The position numbers and the translations under genes were made by a program. Source: a virus (lineage: Duplodnaviria > Caudoviricetes). From it: a DNA stretch of 41,989 nt. The stretch spans positions 1 through 41,989 of IMG/VR virus record IMGVR_UViG_3300036987_000034. One strand, written 5' to 3'. Below the pieces are notes generated by a model. That model was not told the origin of the DNA and made no database searches. It saw nothing but the letters and a program-made list of their open reading frames with translations. How positions within the stretch are numbered: position 1 is the stretch's first letter; the number at the start of each line of letters is the position of its first letter. This document shows, one piece after another, positions 8,015-17,323 of the stretch.

Positions 8015-8221
8015 ATGGTAATTGAGAAGACATTGGTGTTATTGAGGGCGGTGGTGCGGTGTTGTGATGGGATGATAACTGGTAGGCCTGCGCGGTATTG
8101 GGGAGTGGATGAGTTTTTGGAGGCGCATGGGTTGAGGGTGTGTCATGGGATAGGGGAGGCTGGGAAGAAGGTAGTTGTTAGAGGACTTGATGGGGGTGTG
8201 GTGTATGGCGACAAAGGATAG
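8015..8221 (+). CDS. Hypothetical protein, putatively leaderless
   Basis: ATG 6 nt after the -10 box; overlaps the start of the next gene. Confidence 0.4.
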   Translation: MVIEKTLVLLRAVVRCCDGMITGRPARYWGVDEFLEAHGLRVCHGIGEAGKKVVVRGLDGGVVYGDKG

Positions 8222-8714
8222 TGGGATAAAGGAGCTTGTGGTTGGCGGCGAGAAGAAGAAGGGCAGGATGAGTGTCAAGCATGGTAAGGGTGCGCGTAGC
8301 AAGGTAGAGGTAGTGGATGCGGATGATATTACGCGGATTAAGGAAGGGTTGCGGTCTGCGTACAATGAAGTGATTGATTGTATGGAGAACCCTGATTTCC
8401 GGTGTCCTAAGTGCGGGTTGAACTTTAGGGTAGAGATACAGTGTGAGCATTGTCACAATGTGTTTATGCCGTTTAACCCGTATCATAAGGTGAATGCGAT
8501 CAAGGCGTTGGCTCCGTTGAGTACGAGGATGACGCAGATGTTGGAGGCGGATGCCAGGATTGTAGAGATTGAACACAATGCGGAGCAGTGCAAGTCGTTT
8601 TTGAATGTGGTTATTGACAGTATCCGCGACAATGTGAAGGATGTGGCGGTGCGGAAGCGGATACTGGACAATATCAGGGAATATGCGGAGAGTGTAGGGA
8701 AAGCGGATGGGTGA
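8205..8714 (+). CDS. Putative terminase small subunit with zinc ribbon
   Basis: Directly upstream of and overlapping TerL; CPKC...CEHC motif; helical C-terminus. The call is mainly positional. Confidence 0.5.
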   Translation: MATKDSGIKELVVGGEKKKGRMSVKHGKGARSKVEVVDADDITRIKEGLRSAYNEVIDCMENPDFRCPKCGLNFRVEIQCEHCHNVFMPFNPYHKVNAIKALAPLSTRMTQMLEADARIVEIEHNAEQCKSFLNVVIDSIRDNVKDVAVRKRILDNIREYAESVGKADG

Positions 8715-10266
8715 GGCGCGGGCTGAAAAGAAGGACATGTCGTTATTGAACGGCCTTCTTGGTACGCTGATTAAGTCTGCGGAGATAGAGTGGGGTCTTG
8801 AGTCGGAGACGGTCTTAAAGATAAAGCGGCGCATTGAGAAGGACCTGTATTACTTGGGAAGGGAAGTGTTGGAGAATGACTGGTTGGGCGCGCTGCATGA
8901 GGAAATAAGCGGGCAGATGATGGCGGGAGATTGGAAAAAGGCATTGATTCTCGTTCCCCGCGATCACCTGAAGAGTACATTCTGCAACTCGACATTCGTT
9001 GTACAGGAGATATTGCGCAACTTTGATACGCGAATCTTGATAGGAAGTGAGACACAAGACAAGGCCAGTGCGTTTTTGAGGACTGTAAAGAACGCGCTGA
9101 CGCACCAGAATATCGTAGACAAGTATGGTGATCTTGTCGGGCCGAAGTGGAGCGACAGCGAGATATTCGTATCGAGGCGCAGGAACCCGAATATCAAGGA
9201 ACCAACGGTGGATACATGCGGTGTTGGCGGTATCAAGACAGGATTCCACTACGACCTCATGATATTTGACGATCTGGTGAACTTGACGAATATCGGAACT
9301 CCGGAGCAGATACAGAAGATTATCAATTTTTACAAGCAGGTTCAGCCGCAGTTGGACCCGAAGGGTAGAATGGTAATAATCGGTACAAGGTGGCACAAGA
9401 AAGATTTGTATGGGTACATATTGAGGGAATTGCAGAAGGAATTTCAGTTGAAGATCGTAAGACAGGTTATTGAAAACGAGCTGATAATCTACCCGGAGAG
9501 GTTCAGTCTTGAATATATCGAGTCGTTGAAGAAGGAAATGGGCGGGTATATGTTTGCCTGCCAGTACATGAGCGAGCCGCGGGACAGCGATAAAGAGGAT
9601 TTCCGGGAAGAATGGTTCAAGTATTACGACAGGCTTTCCTCGAAGGATGTTTACAATGTCTACATAACGATTGACCCGGCAATATCGAAGATAAAGGGGC
9701 GGCACAATACCGGGATTGTTGTTGGAATGGTGAATCAGAGGGGCGATGTGCTGTTTGACGATGTGTACAGGGAGAAGTTTGCGCCCAGGGAAACCGTGGA
9801 AAAGGTGTTTGAGTTGGTGAGACACTACCTGTCACTGGAAAATGTGCAGGATTTGACAGTAGGAATTGAAACAATCGGGTTTCAGGAAATGCTCATGGAC
9901 GAATTTGAAAGGAAAATGCGTGACGAGAACATATTTTTCCCAATGGAAGAGTTGAAACCGAGGCAACAGAACAAAATGGACAGGATCAGGGGCTTGCAGC
10001 CGCGTTATCAGCGTGGAAATATATGGCACAGGCGCGGTGCTGTTGATTCTTTAGAGGAAGAATTGTTGTGGTTGGGGGAAGGGAGCCATCCTGATGTTGC
10101 TGACGCTGCCGCATACCAGGTAAAAATGTGGATGACACCAGTAAAGTTTGACGATCCAGAGAACTCAAACCCGATAGCTGTGTTTTTAGAGGAAAAGAAG
10201 AACCAGAGTGGCGATGAAGCCAAGGGCCACTGGTACGAGAACGCGGGGTTTACAACAAAACACTAA
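8707..10266 (+). CDS. terL: Terminase large subunit
   Basis: LILVPRDHLKST (Walker A), TGFHYDLMIFDD (Walker B), IGTRWH, FACQYM, nuclease ITIDPA and HPDVADA. Confidence 0.95.
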   Translation: MGEARAEKKDMSLLNGLLGTLIKSAEIEWGLESETVLKIKRRIEKDLYYLGREVLENDWLGALHEEISGQMMAGDWKKALILVPRDHLKSTFCNSTFVVQEILRNFDTRILIGSETQDKASAFLRTVKNALTHQNIVDKYGDLVGPKWSDSEIFVSRRRNPNIKEPTVDTCGVGGIKTGFHYDLMIFDDLVNLTNIGTPEQIQKIINFYKQVQPQLDPKGRMVIIGTRWHKKDLYGYILRELQKEFQLKIVRQVIENELIIYPERFSLEYIESLKKEMGGYMFACQYMSEPRDSDKEDFREEWFKYYDRLSSKDVYNVYITIDPAISKIKGRHNTGIVVGMVNQRGDVLFDDVYREKFAPRETVEKVFELVRHYLSLENVQDLTVGIETIGFQEMLMDEFERKMRDENIFFPMEELKPRQQNKMDRIRGLQPRYQRGNIWHRRGAVDSLEEELLWLGEGSHPDVADAAAYQVKMWMTPVKFDDPENSNPIAVFLEEKKNQSGDEAKGHWYENAGFTTKH

Positions 10267-10280
10267 ACGGGGTGCAGATA

Positions 10281-10745
10281 ATGGACATTTTCAAAGCTGT
10301 GAAAGCCCTTGTTTCAATAAAAAGCATACTTGCAAAAAGCAGAATGTCGAAGTTTGTTGTATATTTCGATGGCCAGTTGAAGTGCTTTGTTGCAGAAATT
10401 CAAATACCGTGTTTTCGTGGAGACGGCATTTCGATTGAAACCGATACAATGCAATATTCTCTCAAGTGTATTGGCCGGGGGAGTTCTGTTGTATCTGCAA
10501 TGGCTGCAATGAAAATACAGGAGTGCGTTGAATCGGAAAGAAACTGGGTGCGCCCGACACATAGATTTGAATCAGAGATAAAGCCAAAATACGAGTTTGA
10601 TATTCCCTCAAAGTGGAACATTGTCATGGGCGAAGCTGTTTGCCCGTGGAGAAACGCAAAGGACTACTGTACTATTTCAGACAAAACCGACAGCGGCTCA
10701 TTCAACAAGTGCGGCAATAGCGTGTGTAAGATAAAAGCGAAGTAG
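10281..10745 (+). CDS. Hypothetical moron-like protein flanked by 18-bp direct repeats
   Basis: 154-aa ORF with Cys-rich C-terminus; repeats at 10251-10268 and 10748-10765. Confidence 0.55.
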   Translation: MDIFKAVKALVSIKSILAKSRMSKFVVYFDGQLKCFVAEIQIPCFRGDGISIETDTMQYSLKCIGRGSSVVSAMAAMKIQECVESERNWVRPTHRFESEIKPKYEFDIPSKWNIVMGEAVCPWRNAKDYCTISDKTDSGSFNKCGNSVCKIKAK

Positions 10746-10793
10746 CCTACAACAAAGCACTAAACAATCCACAAAACTTTTTTTATAAAACGC

Positions 10794-10822
10794 TTGACAA
10801 CGGTGTTGTTATGGCGTTTAAT
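10794..10822 (+). promoter_or_regulatory. Internal rightward promoter
   Basis: TTGACA-17-TTTAAT with AT-rich upstream sequence. Confidence 0.65.
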
Positions 10823-10871
10823 GGTATTAAGTGTGTAAGGTGTTACACATAATTGGGTAACGGAGTACACA

Positions 10872-11045
10872 TTGGGTTATAACAAGATCAAGGTGAAGGT
10901 CGCCGCTAACATGTGCGGTATAACCGTGCGTGAGCTTTTGCGGCGGCTTTGTGCTTTGGGGTATATTAACGATCCGAAGGCGTATGGGCCGGATGATCGG
11001 ATTGACAAGAACATTTGCGCGTATGCGGACTGGAGCAAACAATGA
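10872..11045 (+). CDS. Small HTH-like protein resembling the IF2 N-terminal domain (57 aa)
   Basis: GGAG RBS, TTG start, MGYNKIKVKVAANMCGITVRELLRRLCALGYINDPKAYGPDDRIDKNICAYADWSKQ, ATGA overlap with the next gene; not in the ORF track. Confidence 0.55.
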   Translation: MGYNKIKVKVAANMCGITVRELLRRLCALGYINDPKAYGPDDRIDKNICAYADWSKQ

Positions 11046-11713
11046 AAAGGTTGGCTGCTATTGTGGTTTTTTTGTCAGTGGTGGCGATTGCTGGATATAT
11101 CCTTGCGGCTGACGAGGCCGCCAAGAAGGATGCGAACAGGGTTCCGACAATGATTGGGCTTACGAGCGGAAATGAGATTCGGAATCTTGAGGTGGATAGC
11201 GACGGCAAGCTGAATGTGAATACCGTTGCGGCGGTTACGAGCATTACGGATATTGCTGGAGGGCATATCCAGATTTGGGACGGCGCAACGAGTACACAGG
11301 TTTTGGACGGGACGAACAACAAGGCTCTGTACATTGCGCTTACGGACGGTACTGATACTGCGGCGATTGATGGCAGCGGGAATGTTGCCGTTACCGGGAC
11401 GGTGACTGTTTCGAGAACAACCGCATATCAATATTCAAATTCAAACATTAGTGTTGCCACTGCAACTGTTGTTGCTCCAACAACCCCGTCAAGCAACTTC
11501 GTCGTGAGCGTGTTCAATGGCGGCGCAGGCGCGATTTTCGTTGTGTTGTGTGACGATGCAGTGTGTAGCGGTGAAACGCCCGCTGCGGCGAATGTGGGGC
11601 TTGAGATACCGAGCGGTACCGGGAAGTCATGGGAGAATGTTACCGTGGCAGGGTTGAGTGTGTTTAACGAGGGTTTGGCCGCTGCGGATATCAGCGTTGA
11701 ATGGAGGCGGTAA
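11042..11713 (+). CDS. Virion-fibre/decoration-like protein with N-terminal signal peptide
   Basis: MKRLAAIVVFLSVVAIAGYILA/A signal-like start; T/G/A/V-rich body with TDGTxT motifs; beta-rich C-terminus. Confidence 0.6.
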   Translation: MKRLAAIVVFLSVVAIAGYILAADEAAKKDANRVPTMIGLTSGNEIRNLEVDSDGKLNVNTVAAVTSITDIAGGHIQIWDGATSTQVLDGTNNKALYIALTDGTDTAAIDGSGNVAVTGTVTVSRTTAYQYSNSNISVATATVVAPTTPSSNFVVSVFNGGAGAIFVVLCDDAVCSGETPAAANVGLEIPSGTGKSWENVTVAGLSVFNEGLAAADISVEWRR

Positions 11714-11715
11714 CG

Positions 11716-12954
11716 ATGAGGCGGATTACGCTTATAACTGTTGCGTTGATGATGTATTCGTGCGCTGCGTTTGCGGATAGTTCGTGGGGCGGCGGTGCGG
11801 GCACGCTGCAACAGATAACGGACAAGGGCGCGACAAGTACCGCTGAAATCAGCGTTGGCGGGCTGCGGCTCGATTACGACGACTATATCCAGTTCGGCAC
11901 GGCTGACAATGTGCGCATGGGCGTGTACACGGCTGGCAGCGGGACGGGTACTGTTTATCTGAATCGCGGGTTCTATGTTTCCGACGCGCGAGTTGACGGA
12001 AGCCATGCGCTTATGGTCAATAAGGGCGGTAATGGCATAGGAATTTATGTTAACAAAACTTCTGGCGCAGGTCCTGGAATTTATTCTGAAATGGCCGTTG
12101 GCACAACGGGACAGGGTTTTTACTGTCAGGGTTCCGACAACAACACCTGTTTTTATGGGATAACTGGCGCGACTGGCAAACCTGTGCTTTCGCTGAATGC
12201 CTATGTCGCAGGGTTTACGAACTATGTCACTGAGCAGCAGATACGCGATGTTACATCAACTGGCCATCACGCGCTTTATAAGACCTCAAAGCATTTAAAT
12301 GACAGTTACTCAAATGTAGCTATACTTTCGCGCCACGGTTCGCTTGCGCTTGGCTACGATGTAGCTGTTGGCGATCTTGGAAGCTCGCTTGTGTCCACGG
12401 ATCAGAATGTTTTTGTAGCGTCCGGCAGCGTGGGGATCAAGGGGAACATGAACGCAACTGGCACGGCATACTTTGGCGGGCTGGTCACGGCAACGAGCGG
12501 GATAAACTTCGGGGCCAGCGGCGGGGCGGATACGCTTGCGTATTACGATGAAGGGACATGGACACCAAAGTATGACGGAAGCACACAGGCAACAGTTGGG
12601 TGTTCATATAATACGCAGGATGGGACATACACAAAGATTGGGAATGTAATATTCGCAATGGCGTTTGTTAATGTTGGAGGCGGCTGCACAACTGGCGCGG
12701 CTGGAAATGGCCAGATATCAGGACTTCCGTTTACTTCAAGCGCCTCATCACCCGGATCATGCAGTATTGGGTATCTTAGTGCCTATGATGGCCTAAGCGC
12801 AAATGAAATAATGACGGCATTTGTTCCAGTAAACAGCACAATCATTCAGTTTTGGGAAACTGATGCAACTGGAGCTGGCGGTGCGGGCAGCCGAGCAGCG
12901 GTAGACAGCAACGACACATTTGCCATTCAGTTAACTTGCACATATTACAACTGA
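11716..12954 (+). CDS. Tail-fibre-like protein with N-terminal signal peptide
   Basis: MRRITLITVALMMYSCAAFA/D; TLQQITDKGATST fibre motif; C-terminal YDEGTWTP...GTYTKIGN...ISGLPFT fibre-tip pattern. Confidence 0.7.
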   Translation: MRRITLITVALMMYSCAAFADSSWGGGAGTLQQITDKGATSTAEISVGGLRLDYDDYIQFGTADNVRMGVYTAGSGTGTVYLNRGFYVSDARVDGSHALMVNKGGNGIGIYVNKTSGAGPGIYSEMAVGTTGQGFYCQGSDNNTCFYGITGATGKPVLSLNAYVAGFTNYVTEQQIRDVTSTGHHALYKTSKHLNDSYSNVAILSRHGSLALGYDVAVGDLGSSLVSTDQNVFVASGSVGIKGNMNATGTAYFGGLVTATSGINFGASGGADTLAYYDEGTWTPKYDGSTQATVGCSYNTQDGTYTKIGNVIFAMAFVNVGGGCTTGAAGNGQISGLPFTSSASSPGSCSIGYLSAYDGLSANEIMTAFVPVNSTIIQFWETDATGAGGAGSRAAVDSNDTFAIQLTCTYYN

Positions 12955-12969
12955 TTGAGGCGGTGTAGC

Positions 12970-13263
12970 TTGGGTATCTTCTGCAAACACGGTTACATTC
13001 GGGACTGCCCTCACGGGTGTCCAGACTGTGATTCTGTCCCGGCAATCAGCGGAGAGACTTGCCCGAAGTTCGGCGTGGAATCGCTTGTGCCGAAACACCG
13101 CAGGGATCAAGATATTCAAATGAGAGTGAACCCGCGCACAGGCCACAGGGAAAAAATGTATTACAACCACGGCCTTGGCGAGTGGTGCAGTGGAGTGAAG
13201 GATACGGAAAAGGTGTGTTCGGCAAAGGGGTGCGCCGTCTATGGCAGCAGACGATACGACTAG
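12970..13263 (+). CDS. Small Cys-rich zinc-binding protein preceding the portal
   Basis: CKHG...CPHGCPDC and YNHGLGEW motifs; GAGG RBS, TTG start. Confidence 0.5.
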   Translation: MGIFCKHGYIRDCPHGCPDCDSVPAISGETCPKFGVESLVPKHRRDQDIQMRVNPRTGHREKMYYNHGLGEWCSGVKDTEKVCSAKGCAVYGSRRYD

Positions 13264-15292
13264 CCTTGGCATTTTCGACAAGATTACTGCCGGGATTCGT
13301 TCTGTCTTTGCAAAGGACAAGCAACTTCCTGACGGTATTTATGTTCCGCCAATGGAAGAAGAGCAACTCCTTGAGAAGTTGAACATGATCATGGACGCTT
13401 GCCGCACGGCGCGCAAGAAGAAGGAAGCGATCTGGGACAAGGCACATGAATTTGTGCATGAGAATATCCAGTGGGAACAGCCGAAGCCGGAGGGTATGGC
13501 TGACTACACCGGGAATATGCTGTTCGCCAATGTGCGGCACAAGGCCGCTCTCGTAACTGACAGCAGACCAATGTACAATATCGCTCCCATGCGCGAACTG
13601 CCAATGACAGTTGTTGATCCGCAGACGGGAGAACAGATTGTCGTTGATGAAACAGTTCTCGATAAAATGAAATCACTTATCGAGGATTACGGTTGGTATC
13701 ACTGGAATCTTGAGCAGGTTGTAGAGGCTGCTTGCATTGACGCATTCACCTACGGCATAGGGATAGTCAAGGTTCAGTGGGACAAGCAGAAGGAATACCC
13801 GTTTGGGGATGTTGCGCCATACCGTGTCTCTCCGTTCTGCTTCTATGTGTTCCCGCGCTCTGGCGAATACCTACAGGACGCGGAGGGCTGCGTAGAAGCC
13901 CGTGTAATGCGCGTTGACGAATTAAGCGGAATGTTCCCTGGCAAGGGTAAATATATCTGTGCAGAGGATGATTTCAGCGAGATTCGCTACGACAAGGAAA
14001 TAGAGAGTAGTGACGCTGAAGGGCATGGCGCGCGCTCAATGTATGGAACGCCGGATTCTTCACTTACATTCAACCGCGCAAGGGAGAAGGGTGCTGGTGG
14101 CAAGTACGGTATCCCGCGCGCAATGGTGTACGAAATGTACATCAAGGACAATGAGACAGAAGAAGTTGAACAACCTATTACCGGAGAAGACGGTCAGATC
14201 GTAATGGACCCGCTGACTGGCGAGATCGAGACTGAAACCGTTATTAAAAAGAAGTACCCGCGCGGGCGGCTCATTATATGGACGAATAACATTATCCTGT
14301 TTGACGGTGACAATCCGAACAAGGACGGGAAGTTTCCGTATGCCGCATTCACCTCTTATTCCATCCCCGGCCAGTTCTGGGGCTGCGGGGAATACGAGGC
14401 GCACCACAAGTCACAGAAGGCGTGGAACCGCCTTATGTGCCAAATGATTGACCACTACAACGGCGCGAACAGCAAGTGGCTCGTTGAAGAAGGCGCGCTA
14501 CAGAAGAACAAGAAACTTACCAAGAGGCCGTGGGAGGTTGTTCAGATTCGGCGCGGATACAAAGCCGAAATGAAAACCCCGCCGCCGCTTCCACAAGATT
14601 ACTTTGCAATGCTGACTACTTTTAGGGCGATGATTGATCTTGAATCTGGTATTCACGACATCAGCCGCGGCGAAAAGACACCTGGTCTTGATAAGGTTGG
14701 CATTGCATTGTCATTAAAGGAGTCCGACTTCACGCGGCTGCGGCCAGTGATTAGGAACTTTGAGCGGTTCATATCGGAGATTGGGGAAATGTGCATATCC
14801 CGAATCATCCAGTACAACAAGGCGAACCGCAAATATACATTCATTAACCAGCAGACAGGACAGCCGGAAGTGTTGGAGATTGCCGGATTGCCTGATGATG
14901 TTGACTTGTCATTCAAGGTAACTGTCAAGTCAAATTCTACGCTTCCTTCAGACAAACCCTCACGCGCGGCAACAGCCATGCAGTTATTCAACATGGGCGT
15001 AATCGGGCCAATGGCAATGTTGAAGGCGATTGATTGGCCGAACATTCAGGAAACCATACAGGAATCGCAAATGCTCCAGCAGTTACAGGCGCAGTTGCAG
15101 CAGAGTGAGCAAATGCACCAGGAACACCAGAAGCAGATTAAATCGCTTACAACGGAAAACAACGAGCTTCAGAACCGCGCCAGAATATCGGACGAGGAGG
15201 CCGCAGGTGAAAAACTGCGCGGCGTCATAACCAAAATGAAGGCTGAAAATTCAGTAGCACAGGCACAGGAAAGAGCCGCCAACCGATCTTAG
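13241..15292 (+). CDS. Portal protein (P22-like)
   Basis: 683 aa between TerL and scaffold; GIGIVKVQWD, FPYAAF...FWG, SGIHDISRG motifs; Q-rich C-terminal coiled coil. Confidence 0.9.
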   Translation: MAADDTTSLGIFDKITAGIRSVFAKDKQLPDGIYVPPMEEEQLLEKLNMIMDACRTARKKKEAIWDKAHEFVHENIQWEQPKPEGMADYTGNMLFANVRHKAALVTDSRPMYNIAPMRELPMTVVDPQTGEQIVVDETVLDKMKSLIEDYGWYHWNLEQVVEAACIDAFTYGIGIVKVQWDKQKEYPFGDVAPYRVSPFCFYVFPRSGEYLQDAEGCVEARVMRVDELSGMFPGKGKYICAEDDFSEIRYDKEIESSDAEGHGARSMYGTPDSSLTFNRAREKGAGGKYGIPRAMVYEMYIKDNETEEVEQPITGEDGQIVMDPLTGEIETETVIKKKYPRGRLIIWTNNIILFDGDNPNKDGKFPYAAFTSYSIPGQFWGCGEYEAHHKSQKAWNRLMCQMIDHYNGANSKWLVEEGALQKNKKLTKRPWEVVQIRRGYKAEMKTPPPLPQDYFAMLTTFRAMIDLESGIHDISRGEKTPGLDKVGIALSLKESDFTRLRPVIRNFERFISEIGEMCISRIIQYNKANRKYTFINQQTGQPEVLEIAGLPDDVDLSFKVTVKSNSTLPSDKPSRAATAMQLFNMGVIGPMAMLKAIDWPNIQETIQESQMLQQLQAQLQQSEQMHQEHQKQIKSLTTENNELQNRARISDEEAAGEKLRGVITKMKAENSVAQAQERAANRS

Positions 15293-15354
15293 ATCGGAGC
15301 GGTAACATATTGGATTGCCAAGCCAAGAGCAGCAATCCCGGAAAGAGGCAGTAA

Positions 15355-16344
15355 ATGGGAAACGAAATCGTACAGGGAGCAGTTGCACCGGAGTCCGCGC
15401 CCGCGCCCGAACCGTCATTCGGTTCTTTCTCCGAAGTGCTTGATTCAACGATTGTTGAACAACAGGTGCTTGGCGATCCCGACATGATTACAACCGGGTT
15501 ACAGGCGGCTCCGCAGGGCGACCCAGCGAGTCTGAACGAGAAGGCGCTGGAACCAGCCGCGCAGGAACCCATGTACAAGCTCAAGCATAACGGGCAGGAG
15601 TTTAATGTTACGCTCTCCGAAATGCAGGAGCTTGCACAGAAGGGCAAGGACTACACGCACAAGACGCAGAGCCTTGCCGACGAGCGGCGCCGTTTCGGCG
15701 AACAGGTCCAGCAGTTTGAGAGTATCAACTCGGGTCTCAATGCCCCGGAGAACAGGGACTTGCTGGACGCTATCAGCGCGCGCATGAGGGGTGAACGCGC
15801 TCCAGCATATCCGCAGTATGCACCACAGGCATTACCACCGAATGGGAATCAGTCAACAGACACTCTTGAAGCGTTGAGGCTTGATCCCGAAGTATACGAA
15901 CCTCACCTTGTCGCAACGGTTGACGCGCTTATCGAGGAAACGAAGAACCTTAAAGGCGGTATCAAACAGTACGAAACACAGGAAATGCACAAGGCCATGA
16001 TTGGTGCAGGGCAGGCATACGAGTCCGAATTCAAGTCAGAGTTTGGGCGCGATATGTCACAGCCCGAAGTGGATGCTATTATCGGGTTCATGCACAAACA
16101 GGGCTTGAACATGACCAGTGTTGACAACTTCCGCATGGCAGGCAATTACCTGTTTGAGAACGACAGGATTGCCTCAAGGGTTCAGAAGGAAATCGAGAAG
16201 CTGAAAGCAGACCATAACAACGGAGTAATCTCCAGAACGCCAACATCCGGTGTGCGCCCTGTGGCAAACGGTCATGGCGAAGTGCCAAACTTCAAGAGCC
16301 ATGACGAAGCCTCGCGCTACATCAATAAGGCGTTTGGTCTGTAA
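15355..16344 (+). CDS. Capsid scaffolding protein
   Basis: Acidic, Pro-rich N-terminus; VTLSEMQELAQKGKDYTHKTQSLADERR motif; precedes the capsid gene. Confidence 0.8.
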   Translation: MGNEIVQGAVAPESAPAPEPSFGSFSEVLDSTIVEQQVLGDPDMITTGLQAAPQGDPASLNEKALEPAAQEPMYKLKHNGQEFNVTLSEMQELAQKGKDYTHKTQSLADERRRFGEQVQQFESINSGLNAPENRDLLDAISARMRGERAPAYPQYAPQALPPNGNQSTDTLEALRLDPEVYEPHLVATVDALIEETKNLKGGIKQYETQEMHKAMIGAGQAYESEFKSEFGRDMSQPEVDAIIGFMHKQGLNMTSVDNFRMAGNYLFENDRIASRVQKEIEKLKADHNNGVISRTPTSGVRPVANGHGEVPNFKSHDEASRYINKAFGL

Positions 16345-16387
16345 GGAAACCGTTGTGGCGGGTTGTGGATGAAAGGAGATAAATACG

Positions 16388-17302
16388 GTGGCTCTTACCT
16401 ATTCCCAACTCGTTACACAGACCATTCAGATCCACCTCAAGACTCTGCGTGACAACTTCCACACGCACAACCGTGTTCTTGAGCGCATTATGAAGAAGAA
16501 GGAAGTACAGGCTGGTGGCCGCAGCCTTCTCCAGCCGATCAAATACGCCGGGCTGACAAACGCTGGCTCGTTTGATCCGTATGCGACTTACGCCATCACC
16601 AACAACGAAAAGGTCACGAATGCAGAGTTTGAATGGGCATCCTATCAGGCGAGCATTCAGCTTTTCGGTTACGACATTGCAACCAACCAGGCTGGCCCGC
16701 AGCAGATTCTCAACATGATTAAAGAGGAATTCATGAGCGCGGAGGAATCCCTGGCTGACGCAGTGGCTCTTGACCTGTTCACTGGCACGGCAACGCCCAA
16801 GCTCGTTGGTCTTCAGACTGCCGTTGACTCGACAACCACATACGGCGGCGTTGCAGTAGCGGACGCTCCCGTATGGGTGGCGCAGGAAAGCGCAATGGCA
16901 ACCCTCGACCTCACCACGATGGGAACCTACATGCGCCTCGCCAGCGACAACAAGGACGAACCGAATCTCATTATCACCACGAAGACCGTTGTTGGCCTGT
17001 ACGAGAAGCAGCTTACCCCGATCCAGATCATTGCGAACAGCGTGACTGGTGACAGCGGGTTCCAGATGCTCAAGTTCCGTGGCGCGGATGTGTACTACGA
17101 CAACAACTGTCCGAGCGGCGAGATGTACATGATGAACGAGAAGTACATTCACTACAAAGTGATGAAGGGCGTTGATATGACCCTCCGCGAGAAGGTCATC
17201 CCTGACAACCAGTGGAGCCAGGTGCAGACCATCCTTTACATGCCCGTGTTCTGGATTGACCAGCGCCGCCGCCACGCCAAACTCACGGGCATTTCCGCCT
17301 AA
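16388..17302 (+). CDS. Major capsid protein
   Basis: 304 aa after the scaffold; AAAGGAG RBS; C-ending codon bias typical of high expression; GFQMLKFRG..VYYD motif. Confidence 0.88.
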   Translation: MALTYSQLVTQTIQIHLKTLRDNFHTHNRVLERIMKKKEVQAGGRSLLQPIKYAGLTNAGSFDPYATYAITNNEKVTNAEFEWASYQASIQLFGYDIATNQAGPQQILNMIKEEFMSAEESLADAVALDLFTGTATPKLVGLQTAVDSTTTYGGVAVADAPVWVAQESAMATLDLTTMGTYMRLASDNKDEPNLIITTKTVVGLYEKQLTPIQIIANSVTGDSGFQMLKFRGADVYYDNNCPSGEMYMMNEKYIHYKVMKGVDMTLREKVIPDNQWSQVQTILYMPVFWIDQRRRHAKLTGISA

Positions 17303-17323
17303 CGGGAAAGGAGAGAATGAACA

